Source: an uncultured Gammaproteobacteria bacterium
GTDB lineage: Bacteria > Patescibacteriota > Microgenomatia > Levybacterales > UBA12049
Direction: 5' to 3'
DNA length: 64,000 bases
Assembly: GCA_964483115.1 (NCBI GenBank)
Contig: CAYZZF010000003.1
Coordinates: 2,772-66,771 of the forward strand
The notes beneath the pieces were generated by a model. That model was given only the letters and a program-made list of their open reading frames with translations. It was not told the DNA's origin and did no database searches. The translations under genes and the position numbers were made by a program. Numbering within the stretch: position 1 is the stretch's first letter; the number at the start of each line of letters is the position of its first letter. Below, piece by piece: positions 36,830 to 49,007 of this stretch.

Positions 36830-37569
36830 ACAAAACGGCAAATGGCAAACGGCAAATGACAAATGACAAACTGAAAGTTTTTATTCTACACGGTTGGGCT
36901 TACTCAAAAGAAAAATGGAACCCTTTCCTATCTCTTTTAAAGTCGGGGGGCTTAAACCCCTATTTGCTTTCAATTCCAGGACTTACAGAAAAAAACGATA
37001 AAGTTTGGAATATAGATAATTATGTCAAGTGGCTTTATAAAATTTTAGAAAAAGAGAAAGGGAAGATTGTTCTTTTAGGACACTCAAATGGAGGGAGAAT
37101 AGCTCTTGCCTTTACGATAAAATATCCCCAAAAACTATCAAAACTAATTCTAATTGATAGCGCCGGAGTTTATCACAATGATTTACCTATAAAAATAAAA
37201 CGCGGCATATTTAAAATAACGGCTAAAGTTGGCAAGAAAATCTTTCCTCTTGAGCAGGCAAGAAATTTATTGTATGCAATAGCACGAGAAAATGACTACA
37301 AAAATGCTGACCCAATCATGAAAAGGACTATGATTAATCTTATTAACTCTGATAAGAGTCTTACTATTGATAAAATAAAAGTCTCTACTATTATAATATG
37401 GGGAGAAATAGATAAAATAATTCCTGTGTCTGATGCAAAAATATTAAACCAAAAAATAGTCAATAGTAAATTATATATAATTAATAACTCCAGACATTCA
37501 CCTCAATTTACTCATTCAGAAGAGGTGGCAGACATAATAATTCAGCAATTAAATCGTGCAGTAATTTAG
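36817..37569 (+). CDS. Alpha/beta-fold hydrolase
   Basis: Nucleophile elbow GHSNGG. The N-terminus (MNKTANGKRQMTNDK) is encoded by GGCAAAT/GACAAAT heptamer repeats. Confidence 0.55.
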   Translation: MGIMNKTANGKRQMTNDKLKVFILHGWAYSKEKWNPFLSLLKSGGLNPYLLSIPGLTEKNDKVWNIDNYVKWLYKILEKEKGKIVLLGHSNGGRIALAFTIKYPQKLSKLILIDSAGVYHNDLPIKIKRGIFKITAKVGKKIFPLEQARNLLYAIARENDYKNADPIMKRTMINLINSDKSLTIDKIKVSTIIIWGEIDKIIPVSDAKILNQKIVNSKLYIINNSRHSPQFTHSEEVADIIIQQLNRAVI

Positions 37570-37574
37570 TAAAT

Positions 37575-38774
37575 TTGTATATGAGCATTTTTAATTCCTT
37601 GGGATCAAACTACGATTTAAGTTTTGCATTTAAAGCATTATTTGCATCTGGCAAAAATAACCTTAAAAAATTTCTAGAAAATAAATATAACGGGCAAGTG
37701 ATTATGTTGTTTAAGGCAAGACAGGCAATTACTCTTTCTTTAAAAATCTTAAATCTTCCCAAAGCTTCAAGTGTCGCCATAAATGGATTTACCTGTTATG
37801 TGGTTTATCGGGGAATTGAGGAGGCAGGTCTTAAGCCTTTGTTGATCGATATTCCAAAAGATAACTTTAATTTTACGGCAAAAAAACTAAAAAAAGCATT
37901 AGAAGGAAATCCTAATATCAAAGCAGTAATAATTCAAAATACATTGGGTTATCCATGCGAAATTGAAGAAATTTCTGCTATTCTAAAAGCCAAAAATATT
38001 CCCCTTATTGAAGATCTTGCACATAGCACCGGAACAATTTATAAAAATGGCAAAGAAGCCGGAACAGTCGGGGACATGACAATTTTGTCTTTCAGTCAGG
38101 ATAAAATTGTTGATGCAGTCTCGGGCGGAGCTTTAATCATAAGAAACAAAAAATACCAAAAGGTTAAAATTGACTATTTTCAAAACTCGCCATTTAGAAA
38201 GATAGTGACTGACAGATTTTATCCGATATTTACTCTTATAATAAGGGGGGCTTATGAAATCGGACTTGGCAAATTTATTCATTTTGTATTGAAAAACATA
38301 GGGCTTTTGTCTACCCCGATGGTTGATAATTTATACAAAATGACAATGCTTCCAGAGCGGTATAGAAATCTCGCCGCATATGCTTTTAAAAATCTTAAAG
38401 AAGATTTGAAGCACAGAAAAAAAATCGCCAAAGTTTATGTAAAAAATTTAGATAAAAATTTATTGATAGGTCCAATAGTAAAGGACATTGATTTATCAAC
38501 AAACCTTCGCTTTCCTGTTCTTGTTGAAAACAGAAAAAAACTTATAAATTACTTAAAAAAATACGATATTTATATTTCCGATGTCTGGTATGATGCTCCA
38601 ATTGCGCCGCGAAGGTTTTTCAACAAAATGAATTTAAATTCTATTTGTCCTAATTCAGAGAAATTATCATCTCTTATTTTAAATCTTCCTACTCATAAAA
38701 ATATATCAGAAAAAGACGCAAATATTATTTCAAAAAGGATAAATACATGGCTAAAAACTAGAATTATGAATTAA
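37575..38774 (+). CDS. DegT/DnrJ/EryC1/StrS-family PLP-dependent aminotransferase (probable)
   Basis: Fold-type I layout with a candidate PLP-Lys in SFSQDKIVD. Sits in a cell-wall context next to a FemAB gene. Confidence 0.4.
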   Translation: MYMSIFNSLGSNYDLSFAFKALFASGKNNLKKFLENKYNGQVIMLFKARQAITLSLKILNLPKASSVAINGFTCYVVYRGIEEAGLKPLLIDIPKDNFNFTAKKLKKALEGNPNIKAVIIQNTLGYPCEIEEISAILKAKNIPLIEDLAHSTGTIYKNGKEAGTVGDMTILSFSQDKIVDAVSGGALIIRNKKYQKVKIDYFQNSPFRKIVTDRFYPIFTLIIRGAYEIGLGKFIHFVLKNIGLLSTPMVDNLYKMTMLPERYRNLAAYAFKNLKEDLKHRKKIAKVYVKNLDKNLLIGPIVKDIDLSTNLRFPVLVENRKKLINYLKKYDIYISDVWYDAPIAPRRFFNKMNLNSICPNSEKLSSLILNLPTHKNISEKDANIISKRINTWLKTRIMN

Positions 38775-38839
38775 GAATTAGAAATCAAGAACTAAGCGGA
38801 ACTACAATTATGATTAATACCTCAATAATTCTTTAAATT

Positions 38840-39865
38840 ATGTCAAACATTATAACAAAACCAGTTGAAAACGGACTAGAATGGGAAACTTTTTTACGTA
38901 AGAGAACGGAGGCGAATTTTCTCCAATCTTGGTATTGGGGAGAGTTTCATAAAAACTTAGGCAAAACTATCAGAAGAACCGGCTTTTACAGTAAGGGCAA
39001 ATTAATTGGAGTAATGCTTTCAGTTGTTGAAAATGCAAAAAGAGGGAAGTATTTAACAGTCCCGGCAGGACCGATTTTTGACTTTAGAAATACATCTCTT
39101 ATTAAAGCTTTTATTGTTGAACTTAGAGAAATTGCTATGTTAAACAACTGCGCTTTTGTAAGAGTCCGCCCACAACTTATTTCAGATAATTTTTCCAAGA
39201 AAATTTTTAAAGAAAACGGTTTTATAAATGCGCCGATGCATCTTCATGCTGAATTGACAAATCAGCTTGATATTACAAAATCAGAAAGTGAGCTTCTTGA
39301 AAATATGAGAAAAACAACAAGATATGAAATAAAAAGAGGAGAAAGGGAAGAAATAAAAATATCTGAGACTTCTGATCCTTCGGAAATTAAAGATTTTTAT
39401 AAATTACAAATTCAGACTTCAAAAAGACAAAAATTTGTACCTTTTCCTTATGAATATTTATATGAACAATTTAAAGTATTTGCACAGAACAACATGGCTC
39501 TCTTGTACAATGCATCTTATAGGAAAAAACTGTTGGCGCAGGCTTTTGTTATTTTCTACACAACTGAAGCGGTTTATCACTATGGCGCGTCAGCAGAGGA
39601 GGGAAGAAAATATCCCGGAGCATATATTATTCAATGGAAGGCAATTTTGGAGGCAAAAAAACGAGGGATGTTACGATACAATTTCTGGGGCGTATCACCA
39701 GAAAATGATACAAACCACAGGTTCTATGGACTCTCTCTTTTTAAACGTGGGTTTGGCGGAGAAGATATTGAATATCTCCATGCCCAAGACTTAATAATAA
39801 ATTATCCAAGATATGCCATAAATTTCATAGTTGAGACAATCCGAAAAATCAGGAGAAATGTTTAG
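38840..39865 (+). CDS. FemAB-family peptidoglycan bridge-forming aminoacyltransferase
   Basis: YHYGASAEEGRKYPGAYIIQWKAILEAKKRGMLRYNFWGV matches the conserved FemAB/MurM C-terminal block. Confidence 0.6.
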   Translation: MSNIITKPVENGLEWETFLRKRTEANFLQSWYWGEFHKNLGKTIRRTGFYSKGKLIGVMLSVVENAKRGKYLTVPAGPIFDFRNTSLIKAFIVELREIAMLNNCAFVRVRPQLISDNFSKKIFKENGFINAPMHLHAELTNQLDITKSESELLENMRKTTRYEIKRGEREEIKISETSDPSEIKDFYKLQIQTSKRQKFVPFPYEYLYEQFKVFAQNNMALLYNASYRKKLLAQAFVIFYTTEAVYHYGASAEEGRKYPGAYIIQWKAILEAKKRGMLRYNFWGVSPENDTNHRFYGLSLFKRGFGGEDIEYLHAQDLIINYPRYAINFIVETIRKIRRNV

Positions 39866-40261
39866 CCTTCTATCCTTAGATCTACCACATCGTCATATCT
39901 TTACCGATCCCGTATCGGAAAAACCAAAAAGAACCAAATGGAATCTAAAAATTAGTTTTTAGGTGTCTTTTTGTCCGACAACCGATATATGCTCAAATGG
40001 CATACCGTCACTAAAGTCTGAGTCAACTATCTGCGTAGTAAACAATAAAGTGTCTGTTCTCTCCAACAAATTTCTCATTAAATAGATCAAAAAAGGAAAT
40101 CTCTAATCGGCGAATTTATTTCAACCGGTTTCATCTCAAATCTTGTAATACCCTTTTGCGCATACATATTAGGAAGGGCTATACAGCAAGAATCTTCCAA
40201 GTTCAATCACCTTTGTTAATATGTCCCTTTGAGGGTAGAAATCTATCTGTCTATTTGATAA

Positions 40262-42286
<2,025 letters not shown>

Positions 42287-42288
42287 TT

Positions 42289-42870
42289 ATGATTACAGAT
42301 TCAGGAGAAATTCAACGTGAGCCAGAACCGCAAACACCTAGCATCAAACCATTTTTGTATGGCATAGAAAAAGATGAACCTTCATGGAGAACAGAAGGTT
42401 GCGAGATTTGGAAAAGTTCAGATATTGGAGTTAAAAGTTTGGGAATGGTTCAGGCATTTATTTTAACCCCAAGAGACGAACAGGCATTTGAAGAAAGTCC
42501 CGAATTTGCAAGAAACAGACCGGTTTACGTAGTAGATACAACAGGGGAGGTCAAGGACGGCTTATCTCAAGATTATTTCTTAAAAGATTATGGAGCTTTA
42601 CGGATAAGCCTTCGGCCCCCAGAAAAAATTTCCCATGAATTATATGAGCAAAAAGATTTATCTGGAAAAAAAATTCCTAAGGTGAACGTCGGAATCATTG
42701 TTTGGATTTCTGAAGAAAAAAAGTTTAAATCTTCAATAAAAAATATTCTAATTGAAGGTTCAGCATATGAATACAGATTAATAGATAAAACAGGCAGGTT
42801 GCAAACAAAAAAACCTTTACTTGTTCGTTTAGATGAAGATCTTTTAAGAAAAATAAATATTTCCTTTTAA
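42289..42870 (+). CDS. Hypothetical protein, translationally coupled to gyrB
   Basis: ATG is 2 nt after the gyrB stop. 193 aa with no recognisable motif. Confidence 0.35.
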   Translation: MITDSGEIQREPEPQTPSIKPFLYGIEKDEPSWRTEGCEIWKSSDIGVKSLGMVQAFILTPRDEQAFEESPEFARNRPVYVVDTTGEVKDGLSQDYFLKDYGALRISLRPPEKISHELYEQKDLSGKKIPKVNVGIIVWISEEKKFKSSIKNILIEGSAYEYRLIDKTGRLQTKKPLLVRLDEDLLRKINISF

Positions 42871-42892
42871 ACTCCAAGAGGAATACTAAACA

Positions 42893-43408
42893 ATGACTAT
42901 TAAAAATCTAAAAGTTGGTAAAAATCCGCCGGAGGAAATAAATGTTTTTATAGAAATACCGCAGGGTGTTTCGGTTAAATATGAACTTGATAAAAATTCA
43001 GGCGTTATTTTTGTGGACAGATTTCTTTATACCGAAATGGAATATCCTTTTAATTACGGGTTTATTCCAAATACTTTGTATGACGATGGAGATCCGGTTG
43101 ATGTTCTTGTGCTTGCGAGCAAACCCGTCGCGCCCGGCGTGGTTATTCCATCCCATCCAATAGGAATGCTTGAGATGGAAGATGAAGCAGGAACTGATAA
43201 CAAAATAATCGCAGTGCCGCTTGCAAAGGTTGATCCGAAATTTAAAGATTATAACGATATCTCAGATATCCCAGAAAAAACAAAAAATGAAATTAAATAT
43301 TTTTTTGAGAATTACAAAAAAACCGAGCCGGGTAAGTGGGTAAGACTTAAAGACTGGAAAGGGAAAAAAGAAGCATTAGAAGAGATCAGACGGTCAATTA
43401 AACCCTGA
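42893..43408 (+). CDS. ppa: Inorganic pyrophosphatase (family I)
   Basis: [10 protein letters not shown] and the EIPQG...YELDK signature. Confidence 0.85.
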   Translation: MTIKNLKVGKNPPEEINVFIEIPQGVSVKYELDKNSGVIFVDRFLYTEMEYPFNYGFIPNTLYDDGDPVDVLVLASKPVAPGVVIPSHPIGMLEMEDEAGTDNKIIAVPLAKVDPKFKDYNDISDIPEKTKNEIKYFFENYKKTEPGKWVRLKDWKGKKEALEEIRRSIKP

Positions 43409-43534
43409 CTCCAAAATTACAAATTCCAAATAAATTACATTTTCTAAATTCTAATTTCTAAAATTTTGAGTTTTGGTTATTTGAATTTAGATATTATTTG
43501 AAATTTGGTGCTTTGAATTTGGAATTTTTTATTT
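43409..43534. repeat. AT-rich imperfect palindromic element of the heptamer-repeat family (copy 1)
   Basis: Left arm AAATTCCAAATAAATTACATTTTCTAAATTCTAA. Right arm TTTGAAATTTGGTGCTTTGAATTTGGAATTT, with near-copies at 57331-57362 (reverse complement) and 63343-63378. Confidence 0.55.
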
Positions 43535-46066
43535 ATGGTTGACATTGGTAAAGTAAATAAAGCTGAGATAACCAGAGAGATGAAGAAGGCGTATCTTGAT
43601 TACGCGATGTCGGTTATCGTAGCTCGCGCTCTCCCTGATGTCCGCGATGGATTAAAACCAGTACACCGAAGGATCCTTTATGCAATGCACGAGATGGGGC
43701 TACAACACAGTGCAAAATATGCAAAATCAGCAAAAATTGTTGGAGAGGTTATGGGAAAATACCACCCTCATGGAGATATGCCTATTTATGATGCATTAGT
43801 CCGTCTTGCACAGGATTTTTCCATGAGATATCCATTGGTTGACGGACAAGGAAATTTTGGCTCGATGGACGGAGACCCACCGGCTGCAATGAGATACACA
43901 GAAGCACGCTTGGCTTCGATAACAGCAGAGATGCTTTATGATCTTGATAAAGAAACCGTTGACTATCTTGATAATTTTGACGCAACTCTTAAAGAACCTG
44001 TCTTTCTGCCAGCAAAACTTCCAAACCTTCTCCTTATGGGTTCTGAAGGAATCGCGGTTGGAATGGCAACTAAAATTCCACCCCATAATCTAGGAGAAGT
44101 TATAGACGCAATTATCTTCATAATTGATAAAACAAAAGTATCACCAGGAGAAAAGGCGCCAAATGGAGAGACTAAAACAAAAACTTACGATACGTTTGAT
44201 ACTTCCAATACTTTTTCTACTTTTACCAATAACGTTACTATTGATGAACTTTTGGAATTTATAAAAGGTCCTGATTTCCCAACAGGAGGAGCTATTTATG
44301 ATATGAGCGAGATAAAGAACGTATACGCAACCGGCAAGGGGCGCATATTAATTCGCGGTAAGGCAGAAATTGAAGATATAGGACAGGGAAAATCCGCAAT
44401 TATAGTTACAGAATTGCCTTATCAGATAAATAAAGCCCTGCTCGTTGCACGAATTGCAGATCTTGCAAAAGAAAAAAAGATAGAAGGAATTTCCGATCTT
44501 AGAGATGAATCAGACAGACATGGCATTCGAGTAGTTATTGAACTTAAAAGGGATGCGGCTCCCAGAAAAGTCTTAAATAATTTATACAAACATACCGGTC
44601 TTCAGACTGTTTTTCCGGCAAACATAGTAGCCCTTATCGATGGGACACCACAAACTCTTAATCTTAAAACGATTCTTGAGGAGTATTTGAAACATAGATT
44701 CCTAGTTATAAATAGGAGATCGGAGTTTGAGTTAAGACAGGCAAAAGCAAGGCTACATATTTTGGAAGGTCTGAGAATTGCAGTAGATAATATTGACACT
44801 GTAATTGAAACCATCAAAAAATCCCGCGATCAGGAAGATGCCAAAAACAACTTAATTACCAGATTTAAACTAACAGAAATTCAGGCAACCGCAATTTTGG
44901 ATATGCAACTTAGAAGATTGGCGGCACTTGAGCGGCAAAAAATTGAGGATGAATACATAATGGTTAGAGAAGATATTGCCTATCTAGAAGATCTTCTTGC
45001 AAATCCTAAAAAAATTCTTATAGTGATTAAGGACGAAATTTTAAAAGTAAAAGAAAGGTATGCTGACCCAAGACGAACCAAGGTGTTTAAAAGCAAAGTC
45101 GGAGAATTTTCAGACGAAGATCTTATCCCCAATGAACCAACTGTTATAACTTTGACAGAGACAGGCTATATAAAAAGGCAAAGTCTTGCCTCATTTAAGA
45201 CTCAACAGAGAGGAGGAAAAGGCGTAAAAGGAATGACTACAAAAGAGGAGGATAGCATTGTTTCTATCCGTTACGCAGAAGCTCATGACAACATTTTGTT
45301 CTTTACAAATCGAGGAAAAGTTTACCAGCTTAAAGCTTATGACATAAACGAATCGACAAGAACAAGTAAGGGCACTGCAATTGTTAATCTTTTAAATATA
45401 GAACAGGAAGAAAAAGTAGAGTCATTTATAAATTATGGAAAAACCGATAAAGGAGAGTATATATTTTTAACGACCAGAAAAGGTACTGTCAAAAAATCTA
45501 AAATTTCTGAATTTGAAAATATTAGAAGAAATGGAATTGTTGCAATCAAGCTTGATAAAGGAGACGAGCTGGCTTGGAGCAAGCTTACTAATGGACAAAA
45601 TGATATTATTCTTGCGACAAGAAATGGAAAGGCGATTAGATTTTCCGAAAAAAGTGTCCGGCCCACAGGCAGAGCTACAATGGGGGTGCGTGGAATAAAA
45701 CTTGACGGCGATGATATGGTTATTGGCATGGACATTATTGACAAAAGAGATACAGAAACGGATCTTCTGACAATTATGGAGAGTGGTCTTGGCAAAAAAA
45801 CAGCTTGCAAACTCTTTAGAGGGCAATCAAGGGGAGGAAAAGGTGTAAAAGTAGCAAAAGTCACTGCGAAAACTGGAAAAGTAGTTCTGGCCCAAGTAAT
45901 TCCTGCAAGTTCTAAGGAAATTATAATAACATCCAAAAGGGGACAGGTGGTAAAACTTGAAATTTCGTCAATCCCCAGACTTTCCCGTAACACTCAGGGG
46001 GTAATCTTAATGCGCTTCTCAAATCTAAGTGATTGCGTAGCCTCTGCAACTTTTGTCGAGAAATAA
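43535..46066 (+). CDS. gyrA: DNA gyrase subunit A
   Basis: Active-site region [10 protein letters not shown]. GyrA-box and beta-pinwheel C-terminal domain. Has an insertion near residue 200. Confidence 0.9.
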   Translation: MVDIGKVNKAEITREMKKAYLDYAMSVIVARALPDVRDGLKPVHRRILYAMHEMGLQHSAKYAKSAKIVGEVMGKYHPHGDMPIYDALVRLAQDFSMRYPLVDGQGNFGSMDGDPPAAMRYTEARLASITAEMLYDLDKETVDYLDNFDATLKEPVFLPAKLPNLLLMGSEGIAVGMATKIPPHNLGEVIDAIIFIIDKTKVSPGEKAPNGETKTKTYDTFDTSNTFSTFTNNVTIDELLEFIKGPDFPTGGAIYDMSEIKNVYATGKGRILIRGKAEIEDIGQGKSAIIVTELPYQINKALLVARIADLAKEKKIEGISDLRDESDRHGIRVVIELKRDAAPRKVLNNLYKHTGLQTVFPANIVALIDGTPQTLNLKTILEEYLKHRFLVINRRSEFELRQAKARLHILEGLRIAVDNIDTVIETIKKSRDQEDAKNNLITRFKLTEIQATAILDMQLRRLAALERQKIEDEYIMVREDIAYLEDLLANPKKILIVIKDEILKVKERYADPRRTKVFKSKVGEFSDEDLIPNEPTVITLTETGYIKRQSLASFKTQQRGGKGVKGMTTKEEDSIVSIRYAEAHDNILFFTNRGKVYQLKAYDINESTRTSKGTAIVNLLNIEQEEKVESFINYGKTDKGEYIFLTTRKGTVKKSKISEFENIRRNGIVAIKLDKGDELAWSKLTNGQNDIILATRNGKAIRFSEKSVRPTGRATMGVRGIKLDGDDMVIGMDIIDKRDTETDLLTIMESGLGKKTACKLFRGQSRGGKGVKVAKVTAKTGKVVLAQVIPASSKEIIITSKRGQVVKLEISSIPRLSRNTQGVILMRFSNLSDCVASATFVEK

Positions 46067-46070
46067 TAGA

Positions 46071-46940
46071 ATGAAAATTGATGGAAAGATTATCGCACAA
46101 CAAATTTTAGAAGATTTAAAAAACAAAACTAAGGAGCTTAAAAAGGGGGGGGTAGTACCTCATCTTCATGTAATTACGTTGACTTCTGATGCGACTTCAA
46201 ATGCTTACGTTTCGCAAAAGAAAATAAGGGGGGAGGAGATTGACGCAAAAATCACTGTTGAAAATTTAAGTTCGGGAACTCAAATAGAGATTCTTCTTAA
46301 AAAAATAAAAAAATTAAACAATGATTCGAAAGTTCACGGAATAATTGTCCAAAGACCTTTACCTTCGCAGATTGATGAAACTAAAATTGCAAAAGCTATA
46401 AATCCTAGAAAGGATGTGGATGGTTTTCATCCTAATTCTAAATTAACTCCGCCAGTAGCTCTTGCTGTCTTAAAAATTCTTCAAAAAATTCACGACTTAA
46501 TAACCGGTGAGTCTGCCCGGCCAAGAGTCATTGCACGAAAATATAAAAATTTTGATGAATGGTTAAGATCAAAAAAAATAACAGTAATCGGTAGGGGTAT
46601 AACAGCTGGCAAACCAATCATTAATGGTCTAAAAAAATTAGGGATTGAACCCTTAATTATTAGCAGCAAGACGAAAAATTCTAAAGACATCTTAAAAAAC
46701 TCAGATGTAGTAATTTCTGCAGTCGGAAAACCCATTGTTAAAAAAAATGAATTAAAAAATGGCGTGGTTTTAATTGGAGTAGGGATGTTTAAAGACAAAA
46801 ACGGTAGATTCAAAAGCGACTATGATGAAGATGAAATAAAAGATGTTGCTTCTTTTTATACTCCAACACCAGGAGGAGTCGGTCCTATCAACGTCGCCAT
46901 GCTCTTGAAAAATTTAATCACAGCGTCAGAAAGATCTTGA
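46071..46940 (+). CDS. folD: Bifunctional methylenetetrahydrofolate dehydrogenase/cyclohydrolase
   Basis: MKIDGKIIAQQI..., VIGRGITAGKPI, PTPGGVGPINVAMLLKN. The ATG at 46071 is preferred over the TTG-initiated ORF at 46053. Confidence 0.8.
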   Translation: MKIDGKIIAQQILEDLKNKTKELKKGGVVPHLHVITLTSDATSNAYVSQKKIRGEEIDAKITVENLSSGTQIEILLKKIKKLNNDSKVHGIIVQRPLPSQIDETKIAKAINPRKDVDGFHPNSKLTPPVALAVLKILQKIHDLITGESARPRVIARKYKNFDEWLRSKKITVIGRGITAGKPIINGLKKLGIEPLIISSKTKNSKDILKNSDVVISAVGKPIVKKNELKNGVVLIGVGMFKDKNGRFKSDYDEDEIKDVASFYTPTPGGVGPINVAMLLKNLITASERS

Positions 46941-47069
46941 CTTGACGGGACTACCGGATTCTGCTAATCTTAATTCTAGAACTCAAAAAGTTCTAGGTTT
47001 TTTATGCGGAAAAGGAGTCTCTGGTAAAATTAGAAGATTCTGAATCCAAACATAATAATCTATAATAAA

Positions 47070-47822
47070 ATGATGAATAAACTGCAGAATAAATTTATTT
47101 TTCTCATAATTCAGTGTTTTATAACATTTTTTATTTTAATCCTGGGCATTTTTATTTATGGTAAAATTTTTGGTCCAATTTCTATTTCCATAAATGAACA
47201 AGTTCCAAAAAGAACATTTGAAGTAGAAGGAACAGGGAAAACTACGGTTGTTCCAAATGTTTTCCAAATAGAGTTCTCGGTAAATGAAACTGGCAGTACC
47301 CAGAAAGAGGCACAAAATAAAGGAAACGATAAATTAGATAAGGCAATTTCAGAGCTTATATCAATTGGTATTTCTAAAAAAGATATTCAAACAATAGGTT
47401 ATTATGTAAATCCGAATTATGATTTTACGGAAGGCAGGAGGATTACGGGCTATTCCATTAATATAAATACGAGTGTTAAATCAAAAAATATAGATAAAAT
47501 AAATAAGTCGCTTGACAAATTAATAGAACTGGGTATAAATGTTGGCGGAATAAATTACACGGTCGAAGATGAAGAAAGCTATAAATCGAAAGCAAGACAG
47601 CTTGCTGTTGACGATGCAAGAAAAAAAGCACAGGATTTTGCCAAAGCTACTGGTTTTAAATTAGGTAAAATAGCATCTATCAAAGAAGTAACGGAGCCAA
47701 GAATTTTACCGACTTTAGCCAAATCCACCATATCCCAAGTAGAGGGTGGAGGAACCAACATCCAACCCGGATCAACAGACATTACTTCAAAAATAACCAT
47801 CTCTTATTATATTGAAGACTAG
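47070..47822 (+). CDS. SIMPL-domain (DUF541) secreted/periplasmic protein
   Basis: N-terminal TM helix or signal. VEGTGKTTVVPNVFQIEFSV...ARQLAVDDARKKAQDFAKATGFKLGKI is typical of SIMPL/26-kDa periplasmic proteins. Confidence 0.55.
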   Translation: MMNKLQNKFIFLIIQCFITFFILILGIFIYGKIFGPISISINEQVPKRTFEVEGTGKTTVVPNVFQIEFSVNETGSTQKEAQNKGNDKLDKAISELISIGISKKDIQTIGYYVNPNYDFTEGRRITGYSININTSVKSKNIDKINKSLDKLIELGINVGGINYTVEDEESYKSKARQLAVDDARKKAQDFAKATGFKLGKIASIKEVTEPRILPTLAKSTISQVEGGGTNIQPGSTDITSKITISYYIED

Positions 47823-47879
47823 ATTATTTATACCCACTGTAGAAGACTTCGTGGACCATTCAGTAAACTTCGGCTAAAC

Positions 47880-48809
47880 TCACTTGTTGCCAGAATGAAA
47901 GGCCTCGTGCACATCTCTTAGTTGTTTATTTGTTACGTGTGTATAAATTTGTGTGGTTGAGATATTTTTGTGACCCAACATTTCCTGGACAGAGCGAAGA
48001 TCTGCTCCATTTGTTAACAAATCGGTCGCAAAAGAATGGCGAAGTGTATGAACTGTAGCATCAACTGGAAGACGAGCTGCTCTTACATATTTTTTTACAA
48101 TTCTTTCAATACTTCTTGCTGTAAGTCTCATTTTTTCACCGCGGTTTTCGGGAATTTCCCTGCCTGAATATCTAATAAAAAGAGGGTTGTAGATATCCTC
48201 GCGCGTATGTAGATATTCCGAAAGCCATTTTGCCGCGCGATCTGATATGAAGACAACTCTTGCCCGCCCTCCTTTGCCAATTATACCAAATTCCCGCCTT
48301 TCCAAATTTATTTTATCTCGATTCAAAGAAATAAGTTCTGATACGCGAAGACCGGTAGAGAAGAGAAGTTCTAAAATTGCTCTATCTCTTTTCCCTTCAA
48401 TTGAATCTGTATCAATCGAAATCACCAGTCTATCAACTTGATCCTTGTCTAAAAACTTAAGCGAGCGACTTTCTGTTTTTGGCAAATCAATTTTTGACGG
48501 CTCAAGAGTTTCATGGTCATTTTTAATTAAGTATCTCAAAAAAGAACGCAAAGCAATTATATAGTAATTTTGAGTCACTCTTTTTAGACTCAACCCCTTT
48601 TCATCAACTCTATTTGATAAAAAAACTCGATATTTTCTTATAATTGATAAATTTAAATTCTCTATGCTTTTTCCAGATTGAGTAGAAGAGAACCAGTCTT
48701 TAAAAACATCAAGGTAATGTCGATAGTCTCTTATAGTAAGTTTTGAACAGTTTCTCTCAACCTCAAGATATTCAAGAAACTCACCAATAAGCTCAGGCAG
48801 TTGTTTCAT
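47880..48809 (-). CDS. Tyrosine site-specific recombinase XerC/XerD
   Basis: C-terminal catalytic block ATVHTLRHSFATDLLTNGADLRSVQEMLGHKNISTTQIYTHV, i.e. the R-H-R-Y motif. Confidence 0.8.
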   Translation of the reverse strand: MKQLPELIGEFLEYLEVERNCSKLTIRDYRHYLDVFKDWFSSTQSGKSIENLNLSIIRKYRVFLSNRVDEKGLSLKRVTQNYYIIALRSFLRYLIKNDHETLEPSKIDLPKTESRSLKFLDKDQVDRLVISIDTDSIEGKRDRAILELLFSTGLRVSELISLNRDKINLERREFGIIGKGGRARVVFISDRAAKWLSEYLHTREDIYNPLFIRYSGREIPENRGEKMRLTARSIERIVKKYVRAARLPVDATVHTLRHSFATDLLTNGADLRSVQEMLGHKNISTTQIYTHVTNKQLRDVHEAFHSGNK

Positions 48810-49007
48810 TATTAAATTATAGTATAGTAAGTTTCTTTAAAAAAGTCCATTATACGACGCTAGTAGCCCCACAATGGAAGCATAATTGTGCGACGGAAGA
48901 ATTCTATTGTCAACTTCTCGCAAACTAACGAAAAGCGAACTAGCGATATAACTAACTAACTCCGTCGTCTTGACAAATTTCTAATATAGACTAATACTAA
49001 ATATATC

